Positions 58,577 through 64,000 of a stretch of 64,000 nt of DNA are shown here, piece by piece. This stretch comes from a virus (lineage: Duplodnaviria > Caudoviricetes). Position 1 is the first letter of the stretch. Each line of letters opens with the position of its first letter. The position numbers were made by a program, and so were the translations under genes. Location of the stretch: the IMG/VR virus record IMGVR_UViG_3300033074_001674, positions 101,894-165,893 of that record; one strand, 5' to 3'. Under the pieces are notes generated by a model. It had not been told where the DNA came from. It worked only from the letters and a program-made list of their open reading frames with translations, and did no database searches.

Positions 58577-58726
58577 ATATGGATAACAAAATAAGGGAAA
58601 ATGAACGCGCTGGAAACGATAAAGTCATATAAGCTAATCGACGTGATTAAAATGGAAGAAGAACAAGAAAAGGCGCGAAGAATCGTCGAATTAGAAGCAG
58701 AACTGGCTAAGTTAAAGGAACAATAA

Positions 58727-58957
58727 ATGCTAGCTAATCGCGCGACCTGGTACATGCTCAACGATATATTGGGCAAAAATGCATCCCAATTGCAAGGAGA
58801 ATTTTGGGCAAATGCGCCTCACTCTACAATAGCTCGGGCGATGGAGCAACTTTCCAAAACATACAGCATTTGGTATATAGTGAGGCGCGAAGCTAAAGCA
58901 AAACCCCTCATGAAGGCAAAAGACCTAATTAGGGAAGTATATGAGTGGTATCACTAA
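58727..58957 (+). CDS. Hypothetical protein
   Basis: AAGGA RBS. Confidence 0.6.
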   Translation: MLANRATWYMLNDILGKNASQLQGEFWANAPHSTIARAMEQLSKTYSIWYIVRREAKAKPLMKAKDLIREVYEWYH

Positions 58958-58980
58958 AGAAACAATAAAGGTAGGTAAAC

Positions 58981-59166
58981 TTGGATAAAGATGATATCTT
59001 GTTCCGTCTGCGTAAATGGGCAGAAATCTGCCGCCAGGACGCTCCGCCACGGACAGACAAACTAGTGGACCTGCTAGAAGATGCCGCAACTGAAATCGAG
59101 AAATTGCGCACATCCATCGAAGATAAAGATTCCGAACTATACTGGCACAAATTACATTGGTCTTAA
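58981..59166 (+). CDS. Small phage protein (DI..RL....E...DLL..AA.EIE.LR family)
   Basis: Motif shared with the frameshifted copy at 60083. Confidence 0.65.
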   Translation: MDKDDILFRLRKWAEICRQDAPPRTDKLVDLLEDAATEIEKLRTSIEDKDSELYWHKLHWS

Positions 59167-59504
59167 GTAGTGAGGGGATTGTGGTAATTACAGATGAAAT
59201 GCGCATCATGCTAGGTGCGCTAGCGGGCTTTATGGCAATGTTTACATTTGTTATCGGATTGTATCTTGATAGCATGTACAACGATGTGGAATATACTTCC
59301 TGCGAACATCCAAAAGATACAGCCCTAATAGACACCAAGAAAAATAATAACATCTATATAACAGAAGTAGATGTAGTCACTAAATGTCCTCTGTGTCTCG
59401 ATTCTATCGAGGTTCAGAATGCGATTACTACTTGTCACAAGTGCAGAACTAAACACCATCGAGATTGCTTGAAAGAATTCGCAACTTGTGGGATTTGTAA
59501 ATAA
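59157..59504 (+). CDS. Membrane-anchored prokaryotic RING-finger protein (true start may be downstream)
   Basis: TM helix then CPLC-x12-CHKC-x3-HH-x2-C-x6-CGIC. Confidence 0.7.
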   Translation: MVLSSEGIVVITDEMRIMLGALAGFMAMFTFVIGLYLDSMYNDVEYTSCEHPKDTALIDTKKNNNIYITEVDVVTKCPLCLDSIEVQNAITTCHKCRTKHHRDCLKEFATCGICK

Positions 59505-59515
59505 GTGAAACGCCT

Positions 59516-59722
59516 ATGGTAATCTTGGCTATAATTGCTGCAATTCTATTACCTTTGATAATTGCGATAGCAATAGCTAGAGATTTCAAGAAACATATCA
59601 AACAACAGAGTAAATGGGAAAAAGAAGATAAGGAATGGCGAGATTACAATAATGCGTGGTGGGAATGGTACAATAAAGGCGGGATGAATACAGAAGAAGG
59701 CCGTAAAAGGATGCCAAAATGA
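59516..59722 (+). CDS. Small membrane protein
   Basis: N-terminal TM helix. Confidence 0.6.
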   Translation: MVILAIIAAILLPLIIAIAIARDFKKHIKQQSKWEKEDKEWRDYNNAWWEWYNKGGMNTEEGRKRMPK

Positions 59723-60082
59723 AACTAAAAGACATCTTCAACTATCCAACAATTTATTATTGGAGATAAAATTGGACAAGAGTGAACTAGTAGATTTCCT
59801 ACGCAACAATCTCTCTATTGAACTACAAGTGGCTGGCTCTAGAATAACAGTTCGTCTCAAACTAATTGAGCCAGGCAGTATTGCGCCAACTGTAATAGCT
59901 GAAGATTATGAGTGGTTAGATTGATTAGAGTAATAACAAGCTTAGGAACTCAAGGATTTTGCGAATATGGCGAAGATAACAAAGAACGACTCTGGTACCG
60001 TTTCAAACCAACAGAAAACTGGAGATTGGTCGCCTACTAATAGACAACAATCCAGCTCCCGGCCGATTGGATTAAACAACAA

Positions 60083-60287
60083 ATGAGCGAAGAAGATATT
60101 ATCTATCGCCTCAAAAAGGGCAGAAATACGACGACAAATTCCCTCGCGTAAATCTGTTCAAGAGGGCAAACCTGATAGATTGGCCGACCTTTTGGATGAG
60201 GCGGCAGATGAAATTGAATCCCTAAGAGGGTGCCACGTAAGCGGATGTGGTTGTATTGATTGTCATCCAGGATGTTATTACGGATGA
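60083..60287 (+). pseudogene. Frameshifted small phage gene (EDIIYRL / RAEIRRQIPSRKSVQEGKPDRLADLL)
   Basis: Frame 0 stops after 22 aa; the conserved-looking body continues in the +1 frame from the AAAAAGGG run. Confidence 0.65.
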
Positions 60288-60310
60288 TTCGTCTCACGTC
60301 CCAGATGCGG

Positions 60311-60436
60311 TTCGTCTCATGCGACGAACAGGCCACGGTGGCGTCGGGAGTAGGAGCGACGGGCGCGGGACGGTTCGTGTCGCGCGTTGTAACCTCCGAC
60401 GTGGCAATGAGTTACATTGAAGGCACGCGACGTGCT
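60311..60436 (+). promoter_or_regulatory. Conserved upstream element plus sigma54-type promoter P10
   Basis: Homologous to 56011-56135; AGGCAC-GCGAC-GTGCT at 60421. Confidence 0.65.
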
Positions 60437-60474
60437 TTGTGGGGGGCGACGGCAGGCGGCGGAAAGGATTTAGT

Positions 60475-60606
60475 ATGAGAGATTTTCTAGCAGCAGTTCT
60501 AACCACGACCATTTGTTTGGCAATTTGGCTTTTCGGTATTGTCCTAGCGTGTTTGCCCTACATTGTCGTGGGGGCCATATTAATTTTGGTATTCAAGCAC
60601 TGTTAA
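60475..60606 (+). CDS. 43-aa hydrophobic membrane peptide (not in ORF track)
   Basis: AAGGA RBS; MRDFLAAVLTTTICLAIWLFGIVLACLPYIVVGAILILVFKHC; TAATG-coupled to HNH. Confidence 0.65.
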   Translation: MRDFLAAVLTTTICLAIWLFGIVLACLPYIVVGAILILVFKHC

Positions 60607-61034
60607 TGAAAGGAATTGAAGGCCAAGCTCCATACGAAGGAGCAAAAATATACAGATTATGGCATAAAAAAGAACAAAGATGGTATGCCGTAATTGTCTG
60701 GCCAGATAAGAGAACTACTAAATCCTGGGCCAGATATGCAATGGAAGTTCATTTAGGAAGATTTCTAAGTAAAAAAGAACAAGTAGACCATATAGATGAA
60801 GATAAAACAAATGACGACATAACAAATTTACAAATATTAACTCGAAAAGAAAACAATCTTAAACACGTTAGGCTAAATAACAAACAAAAAAAGATAATAA
60901 CTTTAACTTGTTCATATTGCCTTAAGCAATTTGAAAGAGAAGTGAGAATTGTAAAATCGCGCAAAAACAAAATTGGAGATTTCTGTAAAAAAGAATGTCT
61001 CCACAAATTTTTGGCAAACCCAAAGGGACCTTAA
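60606..61034 (+). CDS. HNH homing endonuclease
   Basis: RYAMEVHLGR.L...EQVDHIDEDKTNDDITNLQIL....N plus C-terminal C..C...FC...C; very AT-rich. Confidence 0.85.
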   Translation: MKGIEGQAPYEGAKIYRLWHKKEQRWYAVIVWPDKRTTKSWARYAMEVHLGRFLSKKEQVDHIDEDKTNDDITNLQILTRKENNLKHVRLNNKQKKIITLTCSYCLKQFEREVRIVKSRKNKIGDFCKKECLHKFLANPKGP

Positions 61035-61098
61035 CTCAATTAGTTAGAGTGCTCGCCTCATAAGCGAAGAGTTGCCGGTGCAAGTCCGGCAGGTCCCA
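61025..61098 (+). tRNA. tRNA with CAT anticodon (probably Ile2/lysidine, else elongator Met)
   Basis: GGGACCT/AGGTCCC acceptor, CTCATAA loop, GCCGG-TGCAAGT-CCGGC T-arm. Confidence 0.88.
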
Positions 61099-61142
61099 TC
61101 CAAACAAAGAGTGGAATAGGTCACTCTTAGAAGGAGTCCATA

Positions 61143-61361
61143 ATGATGTCGGTGGAGAAGGTCAAGAGCATCGCGAAGAACATGCGCAAGGGCAAGAAGG
61201 TGCTCGAGCGCACCTCTCTGCTGGAGGGCGGCACGTATCGCCAGGTTGGCCTCGTCGTCGGAGACGAGCTGACGCAGGACGCCTACTCGGATGACGCCAT
61301 CTGCGATGGTCTGAAGGTCATCTGGGGAGGTGACCACGTTCGGTACTACGCGAAGAACTAG
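61143..61361 (+). CDS. Hypothetical protein (72 aa)
   Basis: AAGGAG RBS; GC3-biased. Confidence 0.75.
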   Translation: MMSVEKVKSIAKNMRKGKKVLERTSLLEGGTYRQVGLVVGDELTQDAYSDDAICDGLKVIWGGDHVRYYAKN

Positions 61362-61399
61362 GCCAAATGGCCAGGACGGTCCTGGCTGGCGCCTTCAAA

Positions 61400-62120
61400 C
61401 CAAATCTCTAGCTAGAAAGAAGGAGTAAATGCCCAAGTAGAAGCGCCTATTCCTGAGGGGCGCGTTACTATAAATGTCAAGGGCGCACAATCAAAAACAA
61501 TGAGACAACATATCCTTGTCCTTTGTAGCTCAGGACATAAAATAACGAGCTATAACAACTAAATGTAGCTATTAGGAGAATTCCTCCTTATGAAGCGTTT
61601 GAACAAGCCCGTGTAGGCCGGGCGTTAGTAACAAATCGGGTTTACAAGCCTGGGGCTTATTTCTCCTGACAAATTAGCCGGCCTAGCTTTAGATAGCAAG
61701 GGATTAGAGCCTAGTCTACCAGATTTGGGACTGACAATCATCCATCAACCTGCCAACAAAGAGAGTGCTTCGTGAGCAAGTTCCAGGGCAAGTAGTTTTT
61801 CGATAGCATCGTCGGTCATCCTTCGAAACAATCGAAAGCAACGGCGCCCCTTCCCAATAGCCTCTGGTCACAATCCGCGGAAGTAATTGCTTGAGCCGGT
61901 TGTGCAAATCAAGCTAAATAAAGGGCGTCTGAGCGAGTAGGGTTGCGGTAGCGGAGATTTTAATCGGAATCAGTAGAATCCTGACAAGATTAAAATTTGC
62001 CGTAGGGTTCATAGCCTAACTATCGCATCAAATCTCTAGCTAACTCAAGAGGGGAGTTGTCGCCTCATCTGCTATCGGCAAAACAGATAAGATGCCAGCG
62101 CCTTAGCTGAGAGATTTCTG
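61400..62120 (+). ncRNA. Candidate large structured ncRNA (~700 nt)
   Basis: No plus-strand ORF of 60 aa or more; at least 10 hairpins including nested stems; sits among tRNA genes. Confidence 0.55.
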
Positions 62121-62151
62121 TTCTTACAAGGCCAATCTTATCTACGACAAT

Positions 62152-62216
62152 GGAATGCTAGGTCCGGGACCAAGAATCACAAGATTCTAGGCGGGTTCAA
62201 CTCCCGTTAGCATTTT
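62152..62216 (+). ncRNA. Miniature tRNA-like RNA 2
   Basis: AATGCTA/TAGCATT acceptor, GGTC-CGG-GACC, AGAATC-ACAA-GATTCT, GCGGG-TTCAACT-CCCGT. Confidence 0.65.
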
Positions 62217-62431
62217 GGTCAGACCCCTTTAGGGGACTTGTTAGGTTAGTGACGCCGGTGACCTAACATGTGATTATATCCGGCATGCGATTCGCACCAT
62301 TAAAAAGATAATCAGGGAATCGAATGGAGCTAGGACAACCACCCAATAGACACGATTTGCTAGTGATAGCATTCGTATTGACAACAGTATTGTTGTGGGG
62401 AGCATTCGTAAACCTTGCAACGAGGTGAACT

Positions 62432-62704
62432 GTGCAGATGGAAGAAATCCCCTCCGCCTTGTTCGAAGTGCATGGAGAGGTCCAGGATATTTTGGACTTC
62501 TATAGCCCGGGAGGTGTAGATTTTCCTTCCAAATCAGTGGCTGAATGGAGAGAAGTCGAGAATCATCTCAGAAAGGCGATGAGTAAGGCCGCCCGGCTTT
62601 CACTTTCGCCGAACAATCCACTGAGGAGGCGCATCGATGCTATCCTGGGTAGTAATACTGGCATGTGCAATCGTGGCGATTCTGCTGGGCACGATGCCCG
62701 TTGA
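62432..62704 (+). CDS. Hypothetical protein
   Basis: GAGGTG RBS then GTG. Confidence 0.6.
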   Translation: MQMEEIPSALFEVHGEVQDILDFYSPGGVDFPSKSVAEWREVENHLRKAMSKAARLSLSPNNPLRRRIDAILGSNTGMCNRGDSAGHDAR

Positions 62705-62749
62705 GAAGATTGGCCAGGTCGGAGACTCCTTCTCGGATGAGGTATACTA

Positions 62750-63229
62750 ATGGATTTCCATAAGGGAGAGGCGCGAGCCGAGAACTTCTACCCCCGCAAG
62801 GGACGTAATCCAAAGAAGTTCGCCGGGACTCCATCCAAAACTGTCCTGTATAGGCAGAAACAAAACAAGCTCGTGGATAAGTACATCCTCGCGATGCTCG
62901 ATACACACAATCTCATCCCTACTAAGAATGAGTTGTTGCGGGATGTAGACGAGCGGGTCCTAGGTCAAGCCATCGAACGAATGATGGGGCCAGACAAGGT
63001 AGAAAAGGTAGAGCGTATTCAACCAAAGTACGCAGCTACAGGAGAGCCGCTAATTGATTACGTGAGGCGCCGCAGGATTCTTGAAGAATCCCCAATTCCA
63101 ATCAAATCGTTGAGGAAAATCCAGGCTGGCGAGTTTACAATCGAGCAGGTCGCAGAAGTCATATGCAGGCCGCTCGATGAGCTGAAGGAGCTAATGGACG
63201 CCTACAACAAGGAATACCCGGCGGGTTAA
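62750..63229 (+). CDS. Hypothetical protein with possible C-terminal HTH
   Basis: GAGGT RBS; FTIEQVAEVICRPLDEL. Confidence 0.65.
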   Translation: MDFHKGEARAENFYPRKGRNPKKFAGTPSKTVLYRQKQNKLVDKYILAMLDTHNLIPTKNELLRDVDERVLGQAIERMMGPDKVEKVERIQPKYAATGEPLIDYVRRRRILEESPIPIKSLRKIQAGEFTIEQVAEVICRPLDELKELMDAYNKEYPAG

Positions 63230-63262
63230 ACCAAAAAGACCCAGCCTGGCGGGTTTGATTTT

Positions 63263-63346
63263 GGCCGAGTGGCGGAATTGGCAGACGCGCTAGATTCAAA
63301 ATCTGGTATCCGAAAGGATGCGAGGGTTCAAATCCCTCCTCGGCCA
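63263..63346 (+). tRNA. tRNA-Leu(CAA)
   Basis: GGCCGAG/CTCGGCC acceptor, GGCGGAATTGGCAGACGC, TTCAAAA loop, long variable arm, GGTTCAAATCC. Confidence 0.93.
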
Positions 63347-63460
63347 TATTAGGATATAAAATGAGCAACGATTATCCTCCGTGGAACTTTCAATGTCGAA
63401 AAGACACTCCACTTTGCGATTGTGGATACATCCATCCCAAGCTTAAGAAGGGATAGTGAA

Positions 63461-64000
63461 ATGACCTCGTTTGAAGTAGTCGCCACGTTATCAGAGGCAG
63501 ACTCGTTGGCGCGCCAAGTAGTTGGCGCGATTGAGCGTTTTAGGGCGGCCCAAGCGCCCGATGCAGGGAAATCCTACTTCAACCAGGCTATCGCCAATTT
63601 GGAGAAAACCCTAACTCTGCTCAAGTCTTTGGAAGCTGGAGAAGAGGGAGGTGATGAGATAGCGAGGCTACGGGCAGGACATTTCCAAGAATGGCAAGTT
63701 GATGCCCTTGACCGGCTTGGGCATCCCCAATTCGGCGATGGGCAGCTAAAACTGGATTGGGGAGATTGGCATAGCCGAAAGGCATTCCTAGAGAGCCTTC
63801 CTGCTTTGCTAGTCAAGCAATTTGCCAGTTCTTGTGCAGAACATGTGCTGCCCATCTGGACTAAGGAATATCCAGATGACCACAGGCCGGCCCAAGCAAT
63901 CCAAGCAGCCAAGGATTACCTGGATGGGAAAATCACGGTAGAGGAATTGAGGGAAAAGGGAGATGCTGCCTGGGCTGCCTGGGCTGCTGCCTGGGCTGCT
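63461..64000 (+). CDS. Imm5-like domain protein with Ala-Ala-Trp repeats, truncated by window edge
   Basis: Hand translation: FASSCAEHVLPIW....PDDHRPAQAIQAAKDYLDG, then AAWAAWAAAWAA (GCTGCCTGG tandem repeats). Confidence 0.65.
   Translation, partial: MTSFEVVATLSEADSLARQVVGAIERFRAAQAPDAGKSYFNQAIANLEKTLTLLKSLEAGEEGGDEIARLRAGHFQEWQVDALDRLGHPQFGDGQLKLDWGDWHSRKAFLESLPALLVKQFASSCAEHVLPIWTKEYPDDHRPAQAIQAAKDYLDGKITVEELREKGDAAWAAWAAAWAA

Noticed and set aside
1-64000. Genome-wide stop-codon reassignment
   Set aside because: Genes are full length under code 11 and TGA, TAG and TAA all end tightly coupled genes; only the UGA at 4760-4762 is anomalous.
63960-64000. Diversity-generating retroelement or retron
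   Set aside because: No reverse transcriptase and no template/variable repeat pair with adenine-specific mismatches seen in the window.

Overview
A 64-kb slice of a large tailed dsDNA phage (siphovirus-like: major tail protein, 2160-aa tape measure, no sheath seen), with two very different halves. (1) 1-46.5 kb is AT-rich and almost all minus strand. It holds replication genes (primase, DnaB-like helicase, RecA-like), tail and head morphogenesis genes (tape measure, tail tube, neck, major capsid, protease/scaffold, portal, terminase), a phage sigma factor with a recurring GTGTAT late-promoter-like motif, and a class II ribonucleotide reductase with a LAGLIDADG intein. (2) 46.6-64 kb is plus strand and markedly GC-rich up to about 57.7 kb. 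It is built from repeated modules: a 63-64 bp GTTC...GAAC structured repeat, then a palindromic activator-like site, then a sigma54-type -24/-12 promoter, then one or a few small genes. One cargo gene is a DUF1874/AcrIII-1 ring-nuclease homologue, so the array looks like an early anti-defence or host-takeover region. The repeat copies are mosaics of one another, suggesting cassette shuffling. This array is the best candidate for an undescribed system. Further right are three tRNAs, two miniature tRNA-like RNAs, a ~700-nt ORF-free hairpin-dense ncRNA candidate and an HNH endonuclease. An ORF at 4457-4780 has one in-frame UGA followed by a SECIS-like hairpin. All family calls are motif recognition by eye; no searches were run.
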